Positions 42,001 to 54,573 of a stretch of DNA of 64,000 nucleotides are shown here, one piece after another. How positions within the stretch are numbered: position 1 is the first letter of the stretch; every line of letters starts with the position of its first letter. The notes under the pieces were generated by a model. The model worked only from the letters and a program-made list of their open reading frames with translations, ran no database searches and was not told the origin of the DNA. This DNA comes from Perkinsus olseni (lineage: Eukaryota): contig JABANN010000018.1 of assembly GCA_013115125.1 (NCBI GenBank), forward strand, positions 1 to 64,000, written 5' to 3'. Position numbers and translations under genes: made by a program.

Positions 42001-43439
42001 TTCAGCCCGGCACCTCCGACCTTTGCCTGCAGCTGAGCCGCAAGGCCAGCTCTGACCTCCTTAGCCCAGGCATCAGCTTCACTGTCGCTGTCAACTAGCT
42101 TAGCATGAGAAGGGTTCGACGGGCTCAGTGAGGATAGGACCTGATTGAAGGACCACACGATGGCAAGGGTCACACTCAGGTCCCCTCAGGATACCGGACG
42201 AAGTACGATCTGACGAGCAACGATCACTCTGTCCGTTTGCCTAGCGGAAGGAAGCATACACCATAACCCTCTCCCACATACCACAATTTCCATCTCCTTG
42301 CCGGCCGCAGCAGCCAGTGAGAGGCCACCCATGTCCTCCTGCCGGAGCTCTCCTTCCTTCCTGAGCTGTTCACTGAACACCTTGATAGAACCCTCATCCT
42401 CAATCTCAAAAACTGAGGCTATCAATGCACGCAGGGTCGGCAAGTCCGCCGTCTCGATCTCAATTTCTTCCACGTGCGCCTCGTAGAGTATCTTTGCTCG
42501 GACGTTAACACTAGGCTTCGGAACCGCCGCCACCGAGACCACCGGAGCTGTCGCGTCGTGCTTCTCCGCATCTGCCGCTTTCTCCTGAGAGATCGCTCTC
42601 TCCAAGGCCCCTCGGCTCGCCCTCAGCCACCCATCGTTGACGGCCGGTGCTGTGTACCCCGGATCCGAACCGGCTAGCTTCTGCCAGCCACAGGCGGTCA
42701 TGAGCGCCTCCCCTTCGGGAGTGCCCAACCCGGCTTGAGAGATCGCCTTATTGTGCAACTTGACAGTCCGAAACTTGGCTTCGGACGGGCGGGCAAGGAC
42801 ATTGTTAACCAGTTTTAGGACAAGTTCCTCGCCTTGAAGACTCAGCTTGGTGGCGGCGACAGCAGCGGCTGCTGAGACCCCCGTGAGAGCCTTCCACGAT
42901 TGGAGGCAGTTTACCATGCCAGTCGGCCCTCCTTGCAGGGCTCGCATAACCTCCATACGACCATCAGGCACACAGGACTGAGCAAAGGTAGATTGAATAA
43001 GATACTGGGTGAGACGAGGCCTTCCTCACTACCTCCCCATCGTAGTTGAGGACCTTCAGCGAAGGGATGCCTCTGACCCCGAAGTTCTGGCCTAGCCACT
43101 GAGCTTGGGCACGGTCCGAGTAGGCCAGAGCCAACCAGTCGCCGTGCTCCGTACGGAAGTAGTTGAGCATATCTGATTCGCTCCTGTCAGAGCTCACGAA
43201 GATGATCTGAAGAGACACGCGTCCCAGCAGCGTCCGAAGCAAAGGCCTACCTCAATCTTCATACCGACCGACTTGGCCAGCTGGTAGAACTGCTTTAGCA
43301 TGGGAGTGAATTGCCGACATGGCGGACACCAGTGAGCCGAGAAGTAGAGACAAACGACGGTTTGGTCGTCGGGCACTGGCGCCGGCTGGCCAGCCTTGTT
43401 GACTAACGGCAGATTAGCTCGCGATAAAAACCCCGACAT
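39056..43439 (-). CDS. Peptide:N-glycanase (PNGase/NGLY1-like) with N-terminal nucleoredoxin-type thioredoxin, PUB and ubiquitin-like segments and a C-terminal jacalin-like domain
   Basis: LYFSAHWCPPCRQFTP (Trx). LVLKLVNNVLARPSEAKFRTVKLHNKAI (PUB). WFKTSFFKW, two CxxC pairs, RYPRYN, GRCGEWANCF, DHVWSEV, WVHVDPCE, YENGW, DVTSRY and GRQTGSVEWRLQRGE (PNGase). GEYITEVTGRCGSWIDYLSIRTSNGR..GGSGG (jacalin). Confidence 0.88.
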
Positions 43440-43945
43440 GAAAAAATAGTGAAAACCTGGTATACAGAGCCTCCTTCTGGGCCACATTCTGAAGGAGATT
43501 TCCGCCCTTTGGTAGTACGGACCCTTCACGTGCTGCCAGCATCTACCTCCCGTCGACACTTACTTTCCTCGGGAAGGAATCCTTCCGAAGGATCTTTCCA
43601 ATCATTTCCGGAGATTCGTGAAACGATCCTGTCGCCTCCAAGGCGCTCCCGTGAGTAGAGCATTACTCTCACCAATCCACAGAGCGAAGGCGACTACTAG
43701 CAACCCAACACGGGCATCGCAAACACGGGCAACGAATAAAGGAGGTGGCTGCTGGCATCCTCCACTAAGAGCAATAATAACTACTACTATGATGGGCATC
43801 ATGAGCGGTACATAAGGAGAATCTTACAAAGCTCACACGAGAATTACTAGGCAAAAAAGCGTCACCACTTCGGCCATCCCGAGCCTGTCACTTCCATGAC
43901 GCGCAAGCTCCGACCTAAGATGCCCAGTGCGATGTAAAAGTTAGT

Positions 43946-44572
43946 CTAGTTTCTAGCGGATTCAAAACGGTGAGCTCTGTCCTTCTGCATAGCCCTGTCA
44001 GCCTCTCTGGCTCGGCGAAGGGTACTGGCGTCCGCCATGTCCGCCACCTTCTTAGTGGGGTCTTTCTCGACAGAAATGCGATCGTGCTCCCAACTCGAAG
44101 ATTCCCCTTGGCAGGACTCTTTGTCCTCAGCCATCTCCGAGTAAGCAGCAGCATGTAGACGAGCATCGTACCTGACCGGAGAGGCCTGCCCGCGTCAAGC
44201 CGACCAGGGGACTCACATGTGCTTCCAATGGCCAACTATCCCAGCCGCGTCCTTCTCCTTCAAGACCGCCTTTGGGTCGTCAAGGAAGTCCTCTAATTCC
44301 AGTGCCAAGGTCTTGATACGATAGCTGTTGACCGTCCTGGGGTCCTCGGCCGGGTATTCACGGTCGAGGCGCTCTGAGAGGGCCGGACATGACAGGCCTA
44401 GCGTGCGGCGGGGCCCGGGCCCTACTGGCGACTAGCTCGTAGTCCTTCCACGAAGCAAACGCCCTCGAGAAGAGGCCCAGCCTCCTGCCAACGACGGCAC
44501 TAGCGGACTTCTGTAAAAGCATAGAGTAGATTCAAGTACGATGAGGATGATGAAGACGGCGGGGCAGAGCAT
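43946..44572 (-). CDS. Small hypothetical protein with signal peptide and a basic transit-peptide-like segment, multi-exon
   Basis: MLCPAVFIILIVLESTLCF-YRSPLVPSLAGGWASSRGRLLRGRTT, then acidic/charged exons ending ...FESARN* (43946). Confidence 0.5.
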
Positions 44573-45216
44573 GTGCGCAGTAGCGTTGAGGAAATGCAAG
44601 TCGGTGCAAGAACGTAAGTTTATCGCTCTAAGTGTGCTGCTGTCGACGGGTCCTTCCTTATTCAAAAAGATCTAGTGCTTGCTGGTGTCCCACCGTCCGT
44701 CAATGGACACCGTGGGTGGTACGGCTCATCGATAGCTCTGTCTTAGAAAGATACGCAACGCGCAGCCGTGCATGGCTAAGCGCAGGTTCGTCTGACAGTC
44801 TCGCCGAGGTCTAAAACCTCTTCCGGTTCACTTGTGGCCTGTCTTGAATAGCGGCGTCCCTCTTTTTCCCTTGACTTGTCCTGCCGGGCAGCCGTTGGGT
44901 ACTCGGGATCGCCAACATCGTTAACTGTAGTACTAGTTCTCACCGAAGTAGAAGTTTGCGGCTTACCCCAATCTGGCTGTTCTCGGCTTCTCCATTGGGA
45001 TTCTCCAGCCTTCTCTGGGGGACTGCTCGGTAGCAGCTGCTTTCGTGTCTCCCGTTTCCGCCAGGCTCTCCGCTCTTCGCTTTGAGTGGGCTATACTCGA
45101 AGAGGGCTTCGCCTCTTTCTGTTATCCGCCGTGAATGAGCGACTGGGCGTCAACTTCTCCCGCATGCTTCTCTCTTGAGGCCTTCACCGTCCTGTATGAT
45201 CAGCTTGGATTTTTAC

Positions 45217-48200
45217 ATGCCCGGCGCTGTCTCTTCGCCTACTGGGCCGATGGTCACTTCCGAGGCTAAGCCGGCTGGTGATGCGGTTGAGGACACCGTC
45301 GCTGCCAATGATGCTCCTATCACTAACGACACTGAAGGTCTAATTAGGGAGAATTCTATTGGAGATGCTGCGGTTGAGGGAGTTGAGAAGACTACCAACC
45401 CTTCCGTGACTACGGAGCATGTGGAGGAGCCTGCTAAGGCTGCTACTGCCGTGGAGACCGCTCAGGAGGCCGCTAGTGCTGACGGGGAGAATAGCGTCAC
45501 TACCGGTTCTAAGGATGGTGATGATACCGGTTCTAATGAGGCTGTCGGTGAGGACGGTGAAGATACCGGTGCGACCGATGGCTCACTTGGGGAGGATCAT
45601 GCTCAATCAGAGAAGCTGGTGGGAGAAGACAAGGAGGTGCCTCTAATAGTAGCAGTTGATACTGAACCTGCCGCTGATGCTGCGAACGAGGAGACGATGA
45701 CCAAGCCGGACGAGGATGCCGGGGACTCGAAGGAGTCCCAGAAGTCTAGTGGAGATAGCGAGATCATGGAGGGTGCCGCTGACGAGACGCATGAGAGACC
45801 TTGCGGAGTGAGGGAGTCTTCGACGGATAAGGACAAGCATGTGGAAGACGACGCTGCTGTAGACGATGACAAGGCTGGTGATGTTCTTGTCACTGCAGAG
45901 GAGCAGGAGCCCGTCGAAGAGCAGTCGAAGGATGGCAGTGGCGAGGACGGCGCGCAAGAGGACTACGAAGTGTGGACTGGAGGAGAGACCACGGCTGGTG
46001 AAGAGGATGACTGCGAGGTGAGCTCAGTGATAACAAGTGGACGATAACACTCGTGGCGTTATTCAGTTCTTGACTCTTGATGGGGTCAAGGAGGCTATGG
46101 TGAAGATCACCACACAGCTGGAAGAGGACGAGGATAACAGCGATCTGAAGGTCCTGGAGGAGTTCACGGAGGAGTACGAGAAGATGTCCGAGACGCAGGT
46201 TCGTGTTCTCGCCCTCCTTCAAGTTTACTCTTGTCCGTGTCAGACCAGCCTTCAGAAGAAACTCACCACAGTCTTGGCCGAGACTAATGCTCTTTGGCAG
46301 GAGTTCGAGAAGTACAGGGACGAGTAATAGAGAAATGCACGGCTCGTTGTGGCGATTGCCTGAGGTGGATTAGGTACGCTAAGGTGATGTGGGAGGAGAA
46401 AAAAGATGAACGAGAGAAGGGACAATCAGCTCAACAGTAGCGAGCTCAGCTAAGGGCAGCTGTGGTGCAGTCCTTGGTGTGGTAGGTGGGACTGGAAGCA
46501 GAGCGATGGTGACGGTGGCAACCAAACTTGGAACCAAAACGGCAACTGGCGGGCGTCTGAGGATGGACAGCAGCAGGAGTCGTGGAAGTCTAACGAGAAG
46601 TCTAACTGGGGCTATGATGGAGGTGGTAGTAGTACTTCAAAGGCCGATGTCCGTAGACCTTCTGTGAGTAGGTGATCAGCAACAGCAGAAGGGTGGATGG
46701 AAGAAGGGTGGGGATAATTGGACTTCCTCTAATGACGGTAATATTGATGACCGGTCGTGCTGCGATGGAGTTCGTGGTATTTAGGTGATGGGCAGGGAGA
46801 GCAATGGAAGGCCACCTGGAAGGAGGGAGCGGCTGAGGAGGACTCCTCGAGGACGGATGGTGATGAGAAGTGGAAGGCGTGGGGAAAGTCAGGCGATGAG
46901 AAGCCAGCCGCCGCCAGTTGGCGGGATGCTGAAGGCGGCACTGGCGAGTCGGCAGAGTGGCAGCCCAAGTCCGGTGGTAGACAAGGGTACGACAAGAAGT
47001 GGGATGATGGGTCGAGTGGGAAGGACCAGGGGAACTGGTGGAAGGACAATCAGTAGCGTTCAGAGACACGAGTGGCGCCTCCGATTCATGCTTTCAGGCG
47101 AGGCGATAAGAAGGGTTGGCAGCAGCAGCAACAGCAGCAGTCGTGGGGCAAGGATCAGGCGAACGCTGCTGAAGATGCCCCTCCTCCCGCTGCTGACGCT
47201 GAAGAGTCATCCACGGTTAAGGAGGTACCGGCCGAGGCCACCGCCGCCGCTGCCAAGCCGGGAGAGCCGAGCTACAGCGATCTGCAGGCAGAAGTGATCA
47301 GGCTCAGAAAGGCAGTAGCCGAGAATGAGAAGGTCCAGGTGAGGGTTCTGGGTTTAGGGGGTGAATCATAAGCTTGCTTTGTAGGCGGAGAACGCTGCTG
47401 CAGAGGCGGCCTCCCCCCCACCGCCTGCCCCTGCTACGGAAGCTCCCTCGGCCCCACCCGTGGCTCAGCCCCTACCACCAGCCCAGCCCGTTGCTGCCGG
47501 ACCCGCTCCTGCTGCACCTCCGGCCGTGGCCACTGCTCCTCTGGTGCCACAGCAGGTAAGAAGTTTCCCTCACGCTTTAACGATGACTCTACATAGCTGC
47601 TCTCAGGATGGACGAGCGATGGAAGATATGGCGCAAAAGATGGGCAAAGAGATCGAGGTGAGGATCAGACAGGAATTCCCTAGGTCTTTGCCTCGGTGGA
47701 AGCGTGACCTCAATTCTCCACTTTCTTTTGCTGCTGTAGGATCGCCTCAACTCCCAATACAAGGAGAAGATAGCCGAGATGGAGAGGCGTCACTACGAGG
47801 AAATGCAGAGCCAAATGAGATACATGATGCAGCAGCAGCAGATGGCCTCGCCTATGCCCCCTCCGAGGGACTTCGGAGGCAGAGGCCCTCGCTCGACGGG
47901 CTACCCAACCTATCCGCAGGGAGAGTATGATCGTTATGACAGCCAGTATGGGGCCTCATTCTCCCGCTATGACGATCGCTATCGTCGTGAGAGGCCCTTG
48001 TCGCCGTATAGGGACGGCAGCGTTTCTGGTGAGGATTCCGACTGACGTGGTAGCGGCACCGTCTTGGTAGGTATGTCTGGCTATGCTGCTCGAAGCCCCA
48101 CCGACTACAGGGATTACCGGGACTCCCCTTCGGCAGCACAAGTCTCCGCTGCACCTCCCCCTGCTCGGGACCGTCGAGAGACTCGTAATGGCCATGAAAG

Positions 48201-48569
48201 GAAGGTGGAGTCGCACCAGATTGTAGAGTGCGTCATCAGTTCGTGATCAGCTGTCCCCAAGAGATGCTAAGCCTCGTCGTCCGCATCAACCGCCGAATGT
48301 TGACCGGACTATCAGTAGGGCTGCCCCCGAGCCCCGGGCTCAGAGGACCGAGACTTTCCCGCCGTCTGTACGCGTGTCTACTCCTTCGCAGCAGTCGTTC
48401 CATGCTATTTCCTAATCAGACCGCCGCTGCTCCACCGGTAGCTCCCGTCGGTCTTCCAGAACCTCCACGATCCACTAGGAGCACCGCCCCCTTGGCTGAG
48501 GAGGCCTTGTCGGTTGATAACGCCATGCAGGCCTTTAGGCAGGACGGGGCCCGCGGGTCGTATCAGTGA
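45217..48569 (+). CDS. Low-complexity protein: acidic N-terminus, coiled coil, Trp/Gly-rich region, Pro-rich and RD/Y-rich tail, multi-exon
   Basis: Serial + strand exons (45175-46047, 46037-46327, 46757-47056, 47072-47371, 47779-48045...) with GT-AG gaps. Confidence 0.62.
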
Positions 48570-48891
48570 ATTAATATCTCACAGCTCTTCCGAATGGTAG
48601 CTAGTTGAAGGACTTGTAAGTTGACTACTACTGCTGCCACCTGTGCTGATGTCTGGATGTCGTAGTGGTCGGATTTTTATTGAGTTTCTTGACGTAGTCG
48701 CCTCCGCCTTGAGTTACAACTGCCCGCACGCCAACAGGGGCGATGGTTGTTGAATCTCCAGTTTAGCGCTCGTCTGTGCCTTCGCCGCACCATTTATGGC
48801 TTTATGGTTTCATGTTTGATGCAGTGGGTTAGCCTCGGGGCCGTAGTTGCTGTTGTAGCTTGTTCGTCCCCACTTTTCCCCTAGTGGGGTT

Positions 48892-51372
48892 ATGGACTCG
48901 CCGATCGTCACTGCCGACGTACAATGGCAACAGCAGCAGCAGGACCAGCTCCCACCGTTCGTCAATTCCACCGTCAAGAACCCTCCTCCAAGCTCGTGGC
49001 TTCCACCCGTCGCACCTGCCACCGCCGCCGGCGGGAAAGGCCTCACTACTCCAACGAGCAGCAGCCCTCTCTTCGCTAAGGAGGGTACTGTTGATGGCAG
49101 TGTGGACGACTCGAGGCTCGGGAGCAGCAGCACCACGGTGCAGAAGAAAAAGAAAAAGCATAAGCGGAAGAAACATCGTCATAGGGATGATGAGGCTGAT
49201 GGAGAGCTGCGGTCACCCAGGAAAAAGCACAAGAAGAAACGGCGAGTCCGAGACATACTTGGCAAGTCCCCGAGGCTCTCCGAGCTGGATGATTCTGCTG
49301 AGCCCTCCACCTCCCTTGCATTCGGCGAGGGTAGTGGATCTGAATATGATGACGAAGAGATAGCCTTGGAGAGTGCACGGAGGCTCTGGTTGGAAGTGCG
49401 TAACGAGGAGCCTTCCCCGGCTCTGATAGCCCCTGCGATGGAGCTCCTTGGCAGGGCTGTGAACGCCGCTGCTGTCCCGCCCGTCAACCCCATTTGTTTC
49501 GCACAGTCTGCTCCAATGTGGCCTGGCGGTGGTGGTGGTGGTGGTGGTGGTGTGAGGCGGCCTCCGATACAGGGATGGGCCATCCAGTTGGAGGCAGCGG
49601 GCCAAGATCCGATCGATGCGACCGCCGGTACCAGCCCAGTACGGGTCGAGGCGGCCATAACCCTTCCCTGTGCCAGCCAGATGAAGCCTGGTGCTCAGTA
49701 TGGTCGTTATATGCGGGAGGAGCCCCCACCACTGACGCCGGAAATGCTCTGGCTCACTGTGGATGGGGAAAGCATCGCCCCGTCGAGGGTATCCGACGGA
49801 GCTGCCGGCCTGTCCGTGCATTGTTCGGGAGTGGCCCTCGACCCGCGCCCTGAGTCTCTCACGGAAGCGCAGATTCTCAGGATCCGACTGCGGGAAGTTG
49901 TCGAGCGGAAAAGGGAGATGGCAAGAAGGGAAAAGGACAGGGCGGAGTCCTTCACCGTCGCCCGTAGGTCAGTGAACGCTCCGGCGGTGGAGACGATGAA
50001 GGCTTTGATGAGGGCGCGGCCTCCTCCTATGAACGTGTATCCTCATAATGCAGATCTCAAGCCAACCTTTGGAGTCACAACCAGCGACGACCCTGCTGGC
50101 GACACGAGTTTCCTGGTCTGTTCGATATGCCTGGGCCCGGATCTGGCGAGGGGTAACCAAATGGTAGTTTGTTCTAGCTGTGGGGTGGCCGGTCATCAGT
50201 ACTGCTACGAGATCAATAGGATCTACGACGAGGACTCTTGGCTCTGTCGCTTGTGCTCTGCCCTCGAGAATGGGGATGCCAGTGAGTCGGACGATTTGGA
50301 TTGCTTTCTCTGTGGCGGCGACAGGCGCTGTCTTGGTGGCGGCCTGATGACGTCGGTGATGCTTCAAGGAACCATTCGCTGGATCCACGTCAGATGTGGA
50401 ATGTTTGCATGGAAGTGTCGGTCCATTCCGGACGTCGAGCGAGCCGCTATGCGATTGCCTCAGTCCGAGTCCGCGTCTCCTGTATGTACCATATGCGACA
50501 AGGCTGTGGGGGAGACTGTCAAATGCGGCTCGACAGGATGCTCTCGACACTTCCACGTCAGCTGTGCTACGCGCAACGCTCTCACAGTCCCCGAGGCGGC
50601 CGACCATAACTGGCTCATCTACTGCCGTCAGCACATGGCTGATGCTGATAGCTTCGGCACCATTGGGAAGCTTACCAAGGCCATTGCTGCCTCGCCCTAT
50701 GCTGAGCAGACAGAAGGAGGGTTCGCCGCGGCCATCGCCAACAGTGCAGCGGCTCCGATGGTCGATGAGGCTTATGGTCTTTACCGAGATGTCGACGCGG
50801 AGGATCTCTGGCTCGCCTGGATGGACCCTGGCGAGACCGTGAAGGAATCAACCACGCCCAAGGCCGCCGTGGACCGCCCTTCCAGTTTGACAACTCCCTC
50901 CACTGCACCACCTCCAGCCACTGGCCGTACTAATGCAAGCCCTATTGGACATCCCAGTTCGTTGAGGAAGGCGTGCGTTATGTGCTTGCACACTGATGGC
51001 GATCTGGTTGACATCCCTGGGGGCCCCGGCGTTCCTCCTGGGTGCTCGGCTAAGCTTCATCCTCGATGCGCCCATTGGATGGGTTTGGCCCCGGTTTTCA
51101 ATTTCCATGACCTCCGCCAGGGGTCCGTCATACGGCCCCGTAATTTTCTTCAGTCTTGTAACTATTGCAATAGTGTCCTCGGCATAACTATGAAGTGCTC
51201 CAAGTGCAACAAGAGTTTTCATCCTCACTGTGCTGCCAAGAACGGTTGTATCGTGAGAGTGGAGGATTACGAGTCGGGCATCCAGCTGTCTGGTCGATCT
51301 GCCGAGCTCTGGCTCTCGAGGAGAACTGTCAAAGGAGGATTTTCTGTCTGGGTCGATTGTGATGCACATTAG
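48892..51372 (+). CDS. PHD + extended-PHD (PZP-type) zinc-finger chromatin protein, intronless, 826 aa
   Basis: CSIC..NQMVVCSSCGVAGHQYCY..WLCRLC, CFLC..WIHVRC..CTIC..CGSTGCSRHFHVSCA..YCRQH, and a second ePHD at the C-terminus. Basic NLS KKKKKHKRKKH. Confidence 0.9.
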   Translation: MDSPIVTADVQWQQQQQDQLPPFVNSTVKNPPPSSWLPPVAPATAAGGKGLTTPTSSSPLFAKEGTVDGSVDDSRLGSSSTTVQKKKKKHKRKKHRHRDDEADGELRSPRKKHKKKRRVRDILGKSPRLSELDDSAEPSTSLAFGEGSGSEYDDEEIALESARRLWLEVRNEEPSPALIAPAMELLGRAVNAAAVPPVNPICFAQSAPMWPGGGGGGGGGVRRPPIQGWAIQLEAAGQDPIDATAGTSPVRVEAAITLPCASQMKPGAQYGRYMREEPPPLTPEMLWLTVDGESIAPSRVSDGAAGLSVHCSGVALDPRPESLTEAQILRIRLREVVERKREMARREKDRAESFTVARRSVNAPAVETMKALMRARPPPMNVYPHNADLKPTFGVTTSDDPAGDTSFLVCSICLGPDLARGNQMVVCSSCGVAGHQYCYEINRIYDEDSWLCRLCSALENGDASESDDLDCFLCGGDRRCLGGGLMTSVMLQGTIRWIHVRCGMFAWKCRSIPDVERAAMRLPQSESASPVCTICDKAVGETVKCGSTGCSRHFHVSCATRNALTVPEAADHNWLIYCRQHMADADSFGTIGKLTKAIAASPYAEQTEGGFAAAIANSAAAPMVDEAYGLYRDVDAEDLWLAWMDPGETVKESTTPKAAVDRPSSLTTPSTAPPPATGRTNASPIGHPSSLRKACVMCLHTDGDLVDIPGGPGVPPGCSAKLHPRCAHWMGLAPVFNFHDLRQGSVIRPRNFLQSCNYCNSVLGITMKCSKCNKSFHPHCAAKNGCIVRVEDYESGIQLSGRSAELWLSRRTVKGGFSVWVDCDAH

Positions 51373-51668
51373 TAGAATATTGATATCCATTTATGTACTT
51401 CTCCATAATTACTATTCATATGGAGTCACCTCGTACCATTATCTCGTTACATTTGTTTCATCACCACTGAGGGGGTTGCGTGTAGTGCCGACAGATGACG
51501 ATCTTCGAAAGGCCCCATGGGGGCAGATAACACTAGCCCGCTACTCGCCATCTGGTTGCCGCCCTCGAGCCCAGAGCGGCCAGAGAACAGGACAGAAACC
51601 CGAAGCACTTGAGAACGCAACTAAGGTTTGAATGAATAATCTACATTGAATTGTAACGGTGCAAACTA

Positions 51669-54573
51669 TCATCCACCGAATGTTTTGGGATCATCAATCA
51701 CGTTAACCACCCGCGGTAAGGACACCATAACATCCTCCTCGCTGAAGAAGCCGATGGGGTACCTCCAGGTAACAGGCTCACCAACTGAGATGTCTCTCAA
51801 TGCCTTAACACACAACCCACCATCATGAGCTCTCAGCTGAGCATTAGGACCCGTCGAGTGGTTCACCAGATACCACAGGTCCCCACCGCCGATGGGGTCG
51901 GCCATGTCGAAGGTTTCACGGTTGTAGTAGAGGGACATGCCGCCACGGCTCTCGTGGATCATCGTCAAGAAGCAGTGCTCCGGATGGCCACGCTTGCGAA
52001 GTTTGTCTATGTCGGCATGGCTGTCGATGCTGTACTTAGTGACCTTCGAGAAGACGATGCACTCCCCCTCTTCGAACGATCTCGAGGTAATGAGCACCCG
52101 ACCACAGTCTTGGTGGTCCACAACACGGAGGCCCATGGCCCTGAGTAGGCCAGAGTGCTTCTCGTCGAGGGGGCTCGCCGGCAGCTCAACAATTGCCCGT
52201 CGGCTTCTGCTGCTGGGTGACCGCAACATCGCCAACGAGGGGCCCTTCTTCTGAGCGGTCACCACCCTCAAGAGAGCGAAGTCAGACGGAGCAGGAGATG
52301 TATCATCACCAGCCTTGAGAATAGCAGCAGTTGTGCGACAGGACGTCAGCCAGACGGACTTGCTCTGGTGGCAGAACGCGAGGGGCTTCTCGTCTTGTCG
52401 AAGTAGCAAACACTTGGCAGAGTTTGGCCACCAGGTACCCCAAGGGGTCCGCTTCTCTCGATTCTCCACAGTTCCATCGTCCTTCAAGATGACGTACTCT
52501 ATCTGAGATTTACCAACTCTATAGGGGAGCTCGATAACGGCCAGAGTTGCAGGGCACTTGGCGAAGTTTTTGGAAATGGTCTGGTAGGCCTGCAAGCTGA
52601 GCACAGCATCGGCGTCAGCTGGCTTGACCATGGTGTGATGATAAACCAACCTGCGACCCGCAGGGACATGGTTTGATTTGCCCTAACGTAACGACTCTAT
52701 TAACAACGCAACGAAAAAGGGAGGTTCAAAATCCAGGGTTGTGGTACTGACGTTAGAAACACTTCCGATGAACAATGCGAGCACCGTGCTCGGCGTACTC
52801 CTTCGGGGTGATTACGAGGGAGGAAAAACCTGCACTGAACTGGCGAGGCGATGTAGTGCGGCAATGCTTACTTCCCATGCTTCCCACTATCGAACCACCC
52901 AGCCAAGGACAGTATCCTCGTTCCCCACCAGAGGCCACAGTGGGGAATCCAGAGCCGCCCATCACACGGACCTGAGACCTCGAGAATCGAGCGACTGAAG
53001 AACGACACGGAGGACACCCACCTTGCCATCGCGCAGGCACATCGCGAAGTCCTTCTGCAAGCGCTCCACGAGTCCAAGTGTCTGAATAGTAGGATCTTAC
53101 GATATCAGTAGCCTTCGGTTCCGTCCCACCTGTGAAGCTTGCCCTGATAATATCACGGACTGGGACACCGCGTTCACAGCCGAGGCCGGCTCGGAGGACT
53201 TCGAGAAGGCGTTGAGGGATTTCTCCACCATGGAGGGAAGCCCTGATGAGGTACGACTCCTCGCTGACGTTTACAGACGTGCATCCTCATACCTCCAATG
53301 ATCTGCTCGATGGCGTCAGTCTTCCAGGCCCCAGGGACAGCAGTACCATCAGGTAAGCTCGCTTGAACCGGGCCTAGGAAGGGGGCGAATGATTCCAAGC
53401 CAAGGGCGGCGTCAGGCCTACTACGCTCCTCTCGAGCTACACAACTCTGCATCTTCGTCATCTCAGCCATGCTACAGAGCGCCAATTCCGTTCCAGTCAG
53501 CATCCCACTGTTCTCTGAGCGGGCGGGAAGAGTTGATAGACCCATGTGGCGGCTCAGGTCGAAGAGGCGGCCCGCCAGGCGCAGATCTTCCGGCGGCCGG
53601 TGAGCTTCCTCGGCCAGGATCTGTATGAGGGAGAATTATCGAGATAATGCTTACATGAAGGCTGGACGACAACGCTGACGATTGGGCGTGGTATGCCGAT
53701 CGGATCTTGGACACGCGAGCACCGTCAGCACTGCGAAGGGTATCACTCCCTCTAACTCTCTACGACGAGAAGGAAAGCCCCACCCACCTGAGCTGCTATG
53801 TACTCATCCATGGTTCTGCCGCCCTTGTGGCAGTGCCGTACAGTACAGGGCACTGTGTATCCTGAGCTCACTACTGATGCCGACACAAACTCTCCACCTA
53901 CAAAAGAACGTGTTCCATCGAGCAGAAGTGGGAGGACTCACCCATGCCGACGTAGATACCAGAGGTCTTGCCGTTGGCGAAGAGGGCAAGTGGAGGTCGC
54001 TTCCCCACCAAGACACCAGCCTGTGATGCCTTCTCGTACAAAACCTGCAGAGGGTGGAACTCCGTGGCTTCGCTCCACGCGCTTCTGGGCGGGTCGTTAA
54101 AGGCGCAGCGGTGTGCAACGGAGAAGCGGAAAAAGGGAGTCGCTTTGGCTGTAGTCTTCGGACTCACATCCTCCATCATTATCTCCAACAGCCTCTCCCT
54201 AGCCTTCTCACTGAGGAACTCATGGGAGCTGATCAACACTGATTGGAGGGCGTTGCCGCCATTGAGGCAAAACTCTAGCCCAGGGCGGCCGGAGAACAGG
54301 GCCGACTCGAGCATCTGAGGTAAAGATGCCAAGTCAAAGGCACGCCGAGTGGACCTACCTGTTTCAAATTATCCTCATCACCGATCTCAACCGACTGCGA
54401 AGTGCTATCATATGACAGAACGCTCCCTGTGGCAAACCTAGCCGAGAGAATCCCTTAGATCAGTGATTATGGCATTACTGTCGATCAGTATCATGCTCTA
54501 GGGCCGATAAGGCGGCGTAGTTAACCGGCCACTCGAAGTCGGCAGGGCTGCTGCTCGTTCCAGTCGAAGCCAT
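51669..54573 (-). CDS. SET-domain protein (last exon 51669-~52649; upstream exons to ~54573 tentative)
   Basis: GRVLITSRSFEEGECI, LWYLVNHSTGPNA and VKALRDISVGEPVTWRY are SET motifs. Upstream minus-strand coding segments (e.g. 53898-54332) probably belong to the same gene. Confidence 0.72.
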
